NCBI GenBank assembly: GCA_977862235.1
Contig: OZ374557.1
Coordinates: forward strand, 2,232,001-2,296,000
Length of the DNA: 64,000 bases
Origin: Dudresnaya verticillata
Taxonomy: Eukaryota
Direction: 5' to 3'
Below are positions 51,901 through 64,000 of this stretch, piece after piece. Each line of letters begins with the position of its first letter. Within the stretch, counting starts at the first letter, position 1. Both the position numbers and the translations under genes were made by a program. The notes beneath the pieces are model-generated. The model was not told where the DNA came from. It was given only the letters and a program-made list of their open reading frames with translations, and ran no database searches.

Positions 51901-53498
51901 AGTTCCTACTCGTCATTGTGGACCGCTCCTCGAAGCTGTTCCGGACGGTTCCCTTACGTAATATTATGGCATTGGAAATCGCTAAGGCGTTTCTTAGACA
52001 CTGGGTGTTTGTGTATGGCCCACCCAAGAAGTTGCTGTCCGACAATGGGCCCAATTTGTATCAAAGTTGTTCCAGGACGTCTGCCGCATCCTAGGGTGGA
52101 GAATCTCTTCACCACTACGTATCATCCGCAGTGTAACGGCCAGGTGGAACGATTCAATCGAACCATCCTCGCCTCACTGCGTCAATACGTAGCAGCCCAC
52201 CCAAGGGACCGGGATTTGTTCACCGACGCTTTGACGTTCGCGAACAATACGCAACTTCATTCGTCTGCACACCTCGCTCCGTTCGAACTGGTACTATCCA
52301 AGCCCCCGCGGCCATTGTCGCTGGAAGCGGAGCCGTCGCTTGAAAGCGTGCCCACCGCCGGCCAGTGCTACACCAAGTGGCGCACTTGGCTTACAACATT
52401 GATGTGAACCGCTAAAGCGTCGCTCTAGAAAGCGCAGGCGCGTTACAAACGGAACTTAGATACTCGCCTGAGGAAATCGAAGGAGAAAATCGCTGTGGGT
52501 GACTTCGCATTCGTGCGGAAGGAATAATTCGCCCGCGGCGGGAGCACCGATCGAGCAGAACGCAAGCACAAGCTCGCGCCTGTGGCGGATGGACCGTATC
52601 GGGTAGCTCAAGGCAACGACGAGACAGTCACCGTCGACAAGGGACGCGTCGAATGCGAGCGTTTATCCCGGGACCGCGTGGTATGGGCGCCAGCCCCACC
52701 AGGGCACGCCGCCCCCGCAATCGTGCAACCACTGGGACTACCTGACGTCCCGGGGCCCACTGCCCCGAGGCCAACCGACGAAGGAGCAGGAACCCCAGAC
52801 ACGCCACAGACGGACCCGGCAGGAGGCACAGGGACATCGCGAAGCGCGGAAGACTCGCAGGAGCAAATGAATGCAACTCCGCGAAGTCGCGGGTTGGCAG
52901 AGCGCTCGCCCTTCGCCCCCAACCCCGACGATGGGGCCTCGCAATCTGTCTCCGACGAGGAGAAGGGTCCGGGCATCCGTACGCGAATGGGACGCGAATG
53001 GGACACGCAACCTCGGCTTCGCCTGCTACCAATGTAGGTCCCGCTTCGAGCACATCGACTGATGATGAGGAAGGCCGTGCTAACGCGAAGGACACCGCTG
53101 CAAGCGAGGAACCAGTACGCAAAAGCGACGAACCACAATCCGCTACGGAAGCGCTCGGGGCACCGACCCAGCGCCTTAGACGATCGACTCGTCGAGTACG
53201 GTTTGCAGAACCGGTGCAGACGCCCATCACGAGACGAAGTGAACCGCCCAAGGCGCTAGAACGGCAGGAGTCCCCGTCGACCGCTGCAAGCGCGAAGGAG
53301 TACGTCATCGAACGGGTTGAGTCGCACGCACACGCAGAAGACGGTGAGATCCTCTACTGCGTCAAGTGGTTTGGATACCCCGCCTCATCGAATACCTGGG
53401 AGCCAATCTCCAGTCTACCGCGATCATACGTCGTGCGATATCATCATCAGAAGCACACGCGCCTGCCGCCAAACATCGACGACGCGCAGCGCGGGTAA
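48998..53498 (+). pseudogene. pol: Element D pol, heavily disrupted
   Basis: VLGTGAG (protease D lost), YLDD, DCDAS, HPGG..C..C, SIDIL/SDNG/GQVER, GPY, EYVIERVESH...VKWFGY..NTWEP. Confidence 0.93.
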
Positions 53499-54690
53499 CC
53501 CTAGTCAGGGTGAAGGCTGGAAGCGAACGGGGCAGTCTAATTCGGCGACAGTACACGCCACACCCCCATCCATGTTGACGCGGACGTGCACTTGTTACGG
53601 ACGAAGGATGCTGTAATCTACCGCGTCAGGGACGGTTGGGTTGGCGACACGCGAATAGGCAACCCTCTTCGGAGGGGGTCCGTAAGTACAGGACGGCTGA
53701 CAGTAGTCAGAAGCCGTGGAGGGCGCACGCACCACACGAAATCGGGTAACAAACGAAATGGAAAATTTTAATGTGAAAAGAATAACGCGAAGGCGCCGCC
53801 AGCCAGGCGGCGCCCAACAAAAGAAGATCCGACAAGTTTGTGTGCCCCGGCACTACGAGCGCCCACGAGGAAAACGCAAGCCCGGACGCAACAGACCGTC
53901 TCCCACACCCACGGCCAAGTCCGAAACTCACCACCCTTACGGGCGGCACTCGCAAGCGCTCCAAGGCCAACGCCCGTGGACGTCAACGACGTGTTTCAAC
54001 TCTGAAAAGGGGTCGCCCGCAAACACGAGAGAAGAACCAGTCGTCGAAGACGGAGTTAGGCTATGTTTCGTGCGCGACGCGCTAGTCGCAAAAATAATTC
54101 CGCCGCTGGGCGTGGCAACCGCGCCCAGGAGTCGCAGGAGACGCGCCCAGCACGCGGGGCAACGCAAACCCAAGCGCCCCCGACTCCAACCCAACAATTC
54201 CTACGTCAAAGACGAAAAGCCAACCGAGAAACGGATTCCTAACGACATACTCGCTTAACAAGCGGAATCACGATGTGAACAAAACGACTAAGTCGACTGA
54301 AGAACATGGGCTCCCCCAAAAAGGGCCTACGCTACTGCAGCGACAACAAGAAGGAGGGCGCCGCCAACGCAACACCACCCCAAGCAGTTATGCAAGCGCT
54401 ACTACAGCGAACCGAAACAACAACGATGCCACAAACGCAACCCGTCGGCTACACACTTCTCGCTATCGCAGCGCTCTACACCAAGTGGGACTATAAGTAA
54501 TTACGTTTAACAACGGTCAAGTTTATTAGGGCTTCACAAGCGGGGGTAACCCCCGTGCCCGTATAACTTCTCACTACGACCTACGTCGCGAGACGTATGA
54601 ATCCCTCGCTCATCACCCCGCTTCGGGGCAGGCAAAGCGACATCACACGCGCTCTCGGGTTTGTCAACCGTTCTTAACGATCCGACAACG

Positions 54691-56980
54691 CTACGGCTTT
54701 TTCGTCGCAGACGGCTCAGATGGGGCATCATCCCCGACGCCATTGGCGGATTCTCTTAACGCCTCTTCGTAGAGATTGTCTTCCGTCACCAACGATGCGC
54801 TCGCAGTGGGTGCAGGGACAGACCGCAAGGGGCCCGCCACAACCACCGCTGTCGAAGTCGCGACATCCGCCGCTGGTGAGGAGCTTGGCTCACTCCCCGC
54901 CTTAGGCGACGAATCTTTGTCAACCTCCACGGCCGCAGAATTAGAATCATTATCCGCCGTAGGCGCTACACAAGGAAGCTCGCTTGCCTTTCGAGGCGGA
55001 GCATCCTCAACCGCCTTGGGCGAAGTCGACGGCCCCGGCACCTCCGGTGACGGGACCCCATTAACCGCCAAAGGCGTTGAACGATCAATATCCGTCACGG
55101 ACGAAGAGGCTACTGTAGCCTGCGGAGCCGCCGTAGGCACTGTCATCGTACTCGTCTTTGTTAATACCGTCAGCAGACGCAATGGCGGACGAACCCGCAC
55201 ACCCCGCCTTAGGCGACACCGGCTCTTTCGCCACTTCGTCATTAGTCGCCGCAACTTCGTCATTAGACGGCACGGTCGCAACGACGGTCGACGCTGGCAC
55301 TACGGCCACGCCGGGCTGCAAAGCAGCCAGGAGCGAGTGCCCAAGGGGCGTCGTCGATGTCCCGCCCACCCCGTCAGTGACGAAACCGGTTGCTTGCAAG
55401 AATGCGAGCACCGTGCGGCGCTGCTCCCCAGTCCATTCGGGCACTGCAGGAGGGCTATACGCACCGTCAGCGACGTTAGAAATGCCGCCTTGAGGCGTAA
55501 CTGCAGACGCAGAGTTCGCCACTGGCGCAGCCATGATGGCATCACCATCACCGTCATTGACGGGCGCCGAGGGATCCAACGGCGCAACCGACGGCAAGCC
55601 AACAAGCACAACAACCGCCGGTCCTACGACTAAAGTCGTCGTAGGGGCTATTGCCCCGCAGTAGGCCCAACCGCCATAGGCGTAATGACGTCCGTCTCAG
55701 ACGGGTTAATCGGTCCGCTGTTAGCGTGGAACGCATCCTCCTCCGCCATCAAGGCGCTCAAGTGCGGCGGGAAATCACCCGCGAAGTCGCAATTCTTGCG
55801 CAACCCGCGTGGGTTGTTCGCTGGCGTGAAGCGCTTCGTACGACAATGACTCTCAGCGATGTTCTCCGTCGTAAGACGTTTGGTCCACGGGTTGTACCAC
55901 ACCCAATCGCCACCGGCGGAATGGTTTCTACTCATCGCGTAACGCGGACGGTTTGCCTTACGGCGTCTGTTCGTCGGCGGCACAGCAGTCTGATCGTCCC
56001 AGTTGACGTTATCCGCCCCATGGCGTAGATCCCAGAACTCCTGGCAATTCTTGGCACCACCCAGCGCTTCGGCCAGGTCCAGCCCGCCAAGGAGGCTGAT
56101 CACGTGTGGTGGCACGTAATAGAGACGGAGGGTGTCATACACCTACCCTACATCCATGCGTAAGTGACGTTCACAACCCACTCGGTGAAGAATACGATCC
56201 AACATCGGGAGTACGGATCCGTCCGCAACTCGGAACCAATATACGTGACGCAAGGAGACAATTCAGCCGCAAAACCCTCGCAGACTTCGAAGTCCCGCCA
56301 CAACGGCGGGACACGGATGAAGCAATGCGGCAACTTTCCCGCTCAATGCGATCAACTTGCGTATCTTGGTACGGCACGAAAGCGCTTTTGCGGCGGCGCG
56401 TTTCGCACTCCCAACGGACGCAGCGCTCCCAAAAGAAGGTGCCCGTCCTATGGAGGTATCGGAAATCCGCTTTCAAGCGTACACCAAGGCGGTTAGCCTC
56501 CTGAAGCACCCGCGGCTCAGCCGAAACAGCCGCATGGCTTAGTAATAACGTTCCAAGACGGTCCCCATACCCAACCTCACCATTGGTGCGGTACTGCCCT
56601 GCGTCACATTCAAAGACGGTGGGTGTCAATACCGACCCCGGATAACGGGTATACCGCCGATATACGTCGACGACGAAACGCGCATGCGCATCTGCACGCC
56701 TCTGCCCGGCTGCAATACGTAGCCAGCCTCTCGGAATGGCGCACCGATGGCGCCACTCGTTCGTCCACACGACGGCCAGGGGTAACTCCCCTGGCAAAAA
56801 TCCGCTCACAGCGTAATGGGTGATGAGGTCCTCGTGCCGCAGGGCCTTCTGGTCGAACCAGGGGGGCCGCGAGAATAATAGCGCATCGTTGCGGGGAGTG
56901 CTCCCGACAAAGTCGAATTGTGACGGATACACCGACGCCGCCGAAGGCGCAGCCATTTGCAGTCCATTGAACTGTGCCAT
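54691..56980 (-). pseudogene. Antisense accessory ORF of element D, fragmented
   Basis: Fragments 56171-56980, 56148-56333, 55648-56142, 55085-55609 and 54691-55281. The Trp-rich segment aligns by eye with the antisense protein of C. Confidence 0.75.
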
Positions 56981-57427
56981 TACGTCTGAGAGGCTATACA
57001 GTCACACGCCGCTGGAGGAGTTCGCACGATACGTCAATGACGGTCTTGACTCTTAGTCAAGTCAACTACGCCAAAAGGTGGATACCGAGAAACACACGCC
57101 AACGACGTTGGACCAAATAACGCCGAAGGTGGAACTCGAAGACACGCCCTCGGCGATAGGTGCACGAGCGCGTGCACGGATACGACGTCACAGACTGGGT
57201 TTCACACACGCCACTGGCGAAGTTAGTCAAACGTACGTCTTCGACGGGGAACGTTCCTGCGCCAAAGGCGGGGGAAGCTGAACGTGCGTCTTCGACGGGG
57301 CTCAAACAGCGCCAAGGGCGGGCCAGTGCAACACGCGAAGGCGCGGATAACGCAGACGACCGGCGCGGATGCAGGACGCTAGGCAGGTTGAAGCAAGTTG
57401 ACGTGTTAGCGTTTTCGGAGGGGGTAG

Positions 57428-57623
57428 TGTAGTGCCAGGGGGTCCCCTTTTTCGCTTGCAAGCGGGTTGATATTCCGCGCCTACCGACGGGCGACCGCCA
57501 ACGGCGCGCACAACCCGCCAACGGCGCAAACACGTCACCGACGCATGCTTCTGGCTGCCCGGGCCAGAACGGCCCGTTTGGCGTGCAGACCGCACGCCCG
57601 AACCCGGAACACTGTACGGCGCC
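57428..57623 (+). repeat. Truncated 3' LTR of D
   Basis: Identity to the 5' LTR stops after ACTGTACGGCGCC. Confidence 0.9.
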
Positions 57624-59284
57624 TTTCATATCGTCGACGGCGTCGATTTCATATTTATGGGGATTGGCACAGATGGTTTGAAATACTGCCTCATCATCCG
57701 AGACGACCTTTCGTCTTACTTATGGATATGTCCAAGTATGGCCGCGGATGCAGAAACAGTGTCGAAAGAGCTTTCAAAAATAGATACGAGTATTTACGGC
57801 AATGAAATACTGGGTATCGGACCAGGGGTCGCATTGAAAAATCAAGTTATGAAAACTTTAGCTAAGATCTACACAGTTGAGCACCGGTTCACAGTTGCGT
57901 ATTCTCCTTGGGTTAATGGTACGATTGAAGTTTGTATGCGACATATTAAGGCCGCTTGCACGGCGTTACTCTCAGAACTCAAGCTTGGGCCACAAGATTG
58001 GCCACTGGTTATTGATACCGTCATGACGGCGCTAAATGAGGCTCCGCACCGGCGCCTAGGTAAGCGCATCGATGGGACGTACAGAACACCCCTCGAAGTC
58101 ATGACCGGAATACTACCCAATCGCATCAACTTTGTGGTGCGACACCAAGAAGAGACAGAACCAGTCCCCATAAGTCAAGTCCGCGTGCATCAACTCACTA
58201 ATATCAATAAGTTGCAGAATGTTTTAGAATACATGCACCGCGACGAGGCCAATAGTGTCTCCAATCATAGACAGAAGCAGATAGCGTATCACAACCAGAA
58301 GAAAAACCTGGTTACGCCTGGCTTCACAATTGGCGATTTTGTTCTAGTGCGCAGAGCGCAGAATAAGGGACCCAAAATGATGTTTCGATGGGTGGGTCCG
58401 CGCCGTATTTCAAGGAATATTGGTGACATGGTTTATGAAGTAACCGGGCTCATGGATTACAAGACTGAAATTGTTCATGCCGCTAGGCTACTACTCTACA
58501 AGGCCAGCTTGGATGGCGCTCCTGTTTCTAAAAACCTGATGAAGCAAGCCGAACATATCGAGACTAAGTTTGAGATGGTCGAGAAATGCTGGATATCGGC
58601 GAGGCGTCCGACGGAATTTTCTTTCACGTGCAGTGGTTAGGGCAGCCTGATGCTACTGACTGGACGTGGCAGTCGCTGCAGCAAATGTATCAAGACATTC
58701 CGCAACGCGTAGAAAGCTTCCTACGAACAACACGTAAGAAGCGTCTTGAAAAAAGGCACTCAAAGCACTTGGCATTAACGAGAAGTAATACTGACTAGGA
58801 CTCCGCCCTAGCAAGTATGGGGCCATGTAGAAAACCGTTGCCAAGTGGCACTACAGGCTTACTAGCTTGAAGCTTTTGTTATGTAATTTAGAATTGTCAG
58901 CTCTACTCTAATCCAAGAAGATGTTCCGTTGCAGGAACAACTTCTTCCGTTGAAGACGTGACATCTTCAAGCCCGTCCCCGGAGATAGATGTTTTGAACT
59001 ACCATGTCCCCGGGGGTATTTGTTCTGAGGTCATGGCGGTTTGGGCTACTGTAGAAGATACCGTTTACGAATAGAACAGCTACTTTATCCATACCGTTTA
59101 GAATCAGCAGTAGTGCTGTTCTTTATCAAACGCATATAGTAGGCTCGGAGCTTTGGAGCAAGTGGCTCCGTAATAGAATATAAAAGCTCCGCCCTTTTCT
59201 CTCTCGAGGAAGAAAAGGGCAGAGCTCTTCGCATTGAGCACAAACAAGACAGCACCCAACAAGTCAAGGAGGACGTGTTCATAG
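57624..59284 (+). mobile_element. Fragment of an unrelated, AT-richer gypsy element 'H': integrase core-GPY-chromodomain (to 58798), PPT, partial 3' LTR from 58826
   Basis: DFIFMG...YCLIIRDDLS, AYSPWVNGTIE, RWVGP, VQWLG...WTWQ; AGTATGGGGCCA followed by TGTAGAAAAC. Confidence 0.8.
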
Positions 59285-62200
59285 CCCGGGCCAACTGGAA
59301 GTGGAGCGAAAGAATATTCTCGCTGTCAAGGAAGCTAACCCACCTACAAACCAAACTGAGTTGCGCTCTTTTCTAGGATCATGTAACGTCTATCGACGCT
59401 TCGTTCCCAATTTTGCACGTATTGCCTCGCCACTCAATACGAAAACCGGCAAGGGTCTGGTATTCGAGTTTGGAACTCTCACCGAAACGTAGTTTAACGC
59501 CTTTGAGGAGTTAAAGAGACACCTAATCTCCCCTCCAATATTAGCTTAACCCCGTCATGGTTTCAATTATACGTTGGATACCGACGCTTGTGATTACCAA
59601 GTTGGGTGTGTCCTTCTCCAGGAGCAACCTATTGGAGATAATCTACCAGTGGGTTACTGGAGCCGAAGTCTAACCGATGCGGAGAAGAATGATACAACCA
59701 CTGAAAAGGAGTACCTTGCTGTCGTTTGGAGTATGCTAACGCTACGTCCTTACCTTTTCGGTGAAACGTTTATACTCCGTACGGATCACGACGCATTACG
59801 CTGGATATTGAGTTTAGCCGATAAGTCTGGACGCTTAGCAAGATGGCGCCTACGCCTATCGGAATTTGCGTTCGAAGTACAATATCGCCCTGGTATCAAG
59901 CATTAACTCGCAGACGGTAAGTCAAGACTCCGAACAGGTGGTGCTGACAAAGCTGAGTTGCATGAGGAAGTGCCTTGCTTCGTTATGGAATCGACTCCTA
60001 ATGGTGTAGTGCAACATGGTGTGCAACTAACCAATTGCAAACAATCCCAGCAACCGGATGCCTCGAGCAGCCCTGTCCTAGGCGTTGAAAGTGGAGACAC
60101 CGAAACGGATACTACGCCTGAAAAGGATACAGTACCACCCACTCCACTCCGGCAAACGCTCGTCCAATAAGAGGATATGCGAAATGAGACCCTTACCCGT
60201 GAGGCGTTCATAGCCGCGCAAGCAACGGATACTTTCTGCAAGCTTAAATCCGAGTAGATGGGGTCCCCTGGATCACAATTCTACTACGACCGACGTGGGT
60301 TTCTTGTTCGCAAGTCTGCCCTCGACGGTGCACTCCAAAAGTTGGTACCGCAACAGATGCGTGGCAGAGTCCTGTATCTTGCTCACTATAACCTCATGTC
60401 GGGATACCCTGGTGGAATTAAGATGTACTACACCATATGGAGAGACTACTATTGGCCACATATGGCTAACGATGTATTCGAGACCGTTCGGAGTTGCCGC
60501 TCATGTTTCAAAACCAAGGGCACGCGGTTTGCATCAGACGCCCATGAAACTATTTCCCGCGAGTAGCCCACTGCCGTTTGTCGCTACGGATATACTGGGC
60601 CCGCTGCCGAAAACCAAACGGGGATACGTCTTTGTACTGGTCATCACCGATCGGTTTTCTAAACTAACACGGTGCATTCCGTTACGGACGATTACAGCCG
60701 TCGTGGTGGCGAAAACATTTTTAGACCATTGGGTTTATGCGTACGGTGCACCTAAATTTGTACTCACCGACAATGAAAGACAGTTCACGGCAACGTTCTT
60801 CGACGCTGTCTGTGCCCTACTCAGATTGCGGCATTTCCTGACCGCTGCCTACCACCCATAAACCAACGGGCAAGCCGAGCGGTTTAACAAAACCATCGCG
60901 CAGCGCCTTCGACACTACTTCGAGGATCACCACACCGATTGGGATTTATACCTATAGCCGTTGCCCTACTACTACAATATGCAGGTACGCCGGATTACGG
61001 ATACTACTCCCTTTGACTTGGTGCCAACTCGACACCCATCGGATGTTATTGTTCGTGGCACCCCTGTGGACTTCGAAGAAACCGTTACGGAGGGGCGTAT
61101 GACGCCTGTGCTCCAAAAGCGGGGAACCATGCGGCATTTGCGCTATGCCCTACAGAAGGCGCAGACCAAGCAGACTACAGCCCAGTTGAAGTCTAAGGCC
61201 TTCTTCGACCGTAACGTGCGTTTCCTACCGGTGGTTCGCGGTGGCGATCAAGTCTACGTAGATCGCCCGCCGCGTAATATACGACCCACCGGAGGGAAGG
61301 AACGCGACCGATTTGGTCAAGGCCCTGACCACGTCGGTGAATTTGCGCAGCAAATGAAGAAGCTCCTCCCAAGATCGACGGGCCCCTACGAGGTTCACAC
61401 CGCAACGGACACTGTAGTCACTTTCAAGAAGGACGGCGTCTGGGTTCCCATCAGAATCGATCGCATCACCAAGGTACCAATTAGCGGTCCAGTGCAACCG
61501 GCGCCGCTATTGGCTCTGCCGGTTACGCCACACACCGACGTGGACGGTACAGTACCCCAGCAGGCGGGAGACACCACATTAGTACCCAAACACCAGGTGG
61601 TATTACTGTAACGCCCCAAATGCCAGGCGGTATTCCTGCACCCGTTTCGGAGACAATTGACGCCGACACGGAGTATGTCATCGAGCAGATCGTGGGACAC
61701 CGCGAAGAACCCACGGGCATGACCTACAAGGTGCATTGGTACGGTTACCCACCAGACCAGGATACGTATGAACCCGCCGAGGAGTTGCCACAGAATTATA
61801 TTCACCGCTATTGGAGGCGCAAACGCCCTGCCGCAGCATCTGCGCGGCTTCGGCGGAAACTGACGCGAGTCTCACACACCTAACCGGAATTGGGATAGAG
61901 GTCCGCTCCTTCACGGTGTTGTATGTCCCTAATACGGCGTACGGAACGTGCCCTGAGTGGTGTCCCCAGTGGAATGGCCCTGGAGACCATTTCCAGCGGG
62001 GCGCCAAGGTCGTATGCACCGTTTCGGTAATGTGGGGTACTATCGTGTCCCAAACACCGGTATTGGATTGGGACGCGTATCGGGACAACTACTACACGAC
62101 ACCGGCATATCACCGCGCGCTTTACCCGCCATGTCCGCCTCGATGGTGTTGCATGCCGCAAAATTCGGCATGACCCCTGGACTCACGGTCACATAGCTCT

Positions 62201-64000
62201 TCCCCAGGGGGCTCTACGCCATATTGGTGAGTCGTTGACAAGTGTGCAACCACCTCTGGTATCAGATAATGACCACTCGGGTGTAAAGCCTTGTATGGTG
62301 GGGTACTATCCCTGCCTCTCCGGGGCTCACCCCACAGTGGTGTTCTTCCACGTTCCCTCCGCCAGTGGAAAGGGATTTAAACAAATCAAGAGATTTTATT
62401 GGCAAGTGGCACGACTATGAAATTACGTTGCATGCCGCGGGCTCTTCGCCGGTGGCGCCAATTCAGCCTCCGTATCCTCCTCTTTTGCCGCGCCATCCTC
62501 GGGAATATCCTCACCATATACTCTTGCGGTGATCATCGTTAGCCTCCTACGAGTGTCTGTCATGCGACGATGCAAGGCGCGAATTGTCCGTCGCAAGCGC
62601 AGAAGACGCCCTACCCACACTACTGCGGCGTTGATGGCTTCGGTCGCCGACGTTGGTAGTGGCAGAACCGCATCCTTAAACCCTTCGCGGAGTCGCTGCA
62701 GTGCAGCCCCATCGACACGTAACTCCGGTTGGGTGTCCTTCTCTTGCTTCAACGTCATGGGGTCCACACGACATGGTGGTCACCAATCCGGACCAGCAGC
62801 GGATACGAACATCATGGAGTCACTCGACGCAGGCGACAACAGTTTTGCAGCCTCACTCCGCTTCGGTGCAGCAGCTTCCACGGCAAGCCCAGGCCGAGTG
62901 GTCGCCACGGACCCCACTTGGTCGATCACCATCGGAACAGTGTCCTCTTCCACTTCGGAGTCTTCAAACGCCCCAATAGGACCTAACTTAGCGACTGCTG
63001 CAGCCGGAGCCGTCGTAGCTACCGCCACAGCAGGCGTCGCCTTCTCCATACTGGTGTTCTTGCGGATCTCTGGCGCCACCATAGGATTCAGGGGCCCGAT
63101 TGGAGTGGTCATTACGGCCACTGCTGACGTATCCCGCTAGGTCTCCGCCTCGGCTCCTTCAGGAGGAGACTCCGTTACGGTATTCTTGGGAGACGAGGTC
63201 GTGCGGTCGCCCCACGCTTTTCCAGCTTCGACACCCGGAGACTCTCTGGGCACGAGGACCCTAGGGTCCTCGCGCCCCCTCTCGATTTCTTTAACTCCTG
63301 ATGGTGTAATATCGTCAAGGGACGGACTATCCAGTCGCCCCGGTCGCGGATGCACACCGGATGGAGTGCCTCACGCGCGTGATGGCGGAACCTTTTATGG
63401 CCCCTCCGTCATGGGGTAGAACCTCGAGCGGGAGCGCATCGCATGCCAGCTCGATATTTGCTCGTCGATCAACCACACCGGCGGGTCTTCGTTTGAAATG
63501 AAATAGGCCATTCCACATCCGGCGTTGAGCGGTGGCACAGACAGCACCCCTTCTTCATCCCAATGGTAGCCCATGAACCCTGGGGTTCTCTCCCAGGTGG
63601 TGCTTGCGTGGACCGTGGAGAGACGCTCAACACGCGCCAAGGGGTATTCGGTCCCCTCGACCAGCCTGGCTACTCCAACTTGTGTATGAGTGCAACCACC
63701 GTGCCGGGTGTTTTGAAGATGTGCCGGCACTCGTCACCCTCCGGGTCCTTTCTGTTCCGCGGGTAAGCCCTCCAGTCGGTCATTTTTGTATTGGCTCTCA
63801 TGCCCCGGTAGGTGACCTTTAACCACGAGAATAGGACGAACATTGCCCATTCCGCTCGGAGTATCCGCCCAACACGGTCATCAGTGGATGATCGATCGAC
63901 TTCTCTCCGCCTGGGTGTGCAGCTTGCCAGTCACGATGCTGGATGAACCGGTTGGAGAAATACACCACCACCGTCGGAGTTGGTACTGCCATCCAACGGG
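59285..64000 (+). mobile_element. Second, more decayed copy of family C ('C2'): end of RT through RH, INT, chromodomain and antisense ORF; 5'-truncated and runs off the window
   Basis: Colinear with ~25515-30100 at high nucleotide identity in pol; many stops. Confidence 0.95.
62423..64000 (-). pseudogene. Antisense accessory ORF of C2 (partial, disrupted)
   Basis: Homologous to 28547-30100 (VGVARLVEGTEYPLARVERL, WHAMRSRSRFYPMTEGP, ELRVDGAALQRLREG). Confidence 0.88.

Larger units (their letters stand above)
45142..57623 (+). mobile_element. Ty3/gypsy chromodomain LTR retrotransposon 'D' (3' LTR truncated)
   Basis: 5' LTR 45142-46056 (TGTAGTGC...GCACCGCA), PBS 46059-46076, PPT GGAGGGGGTAG before the 3' LTR 57428-57623. 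Confidence 0.93.

Noticed and set aside
53500..54530. Additional small genes in the D spacer
   Set aside because: Short overlapping ORFs with no motifs and no counterpart in the other elements.

Overview
Eukaryotic, repeat-saturated window with no intact host gene. A red alga is the best guess, inferred from a microbial-type terpene synthase, chromodomain Ty3/gypsy elements and no visible CpG depletion. (1) Bases 1-10807 look like the right part of a large, decayed cut-and-paste DNA transposon ending in ...TAGTG (CACTA on the minus strand) with subterminal repeats. It appears to carry three pseudogenised genes: a ParB/Srx-like + beta-class N6/N4 DNA methyltransferase (DPPY) fusion, a microbial-type terpene synthase, and a ~1000-codon Sola-like DDD transposase. 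The methyltransferase and the transposase share a homologous ~95-aa domain. (2) Bases 10808-64000 are a deep nest of Ty3/gypsy LTR retrotransposons, here called A-H plus a second copy of C (C2). All four visible primer-binding sites are identical. Three distinct families (B, C, D) carry a long antisense ORF between pol and the 3' LTR, and these ORFs share a Trp-rich domain I cannot assign. Families A and B have strong word biases (CpG and YGGCCR respectively). All alignments and counts were done by eye and are approximate; no database searches were run.
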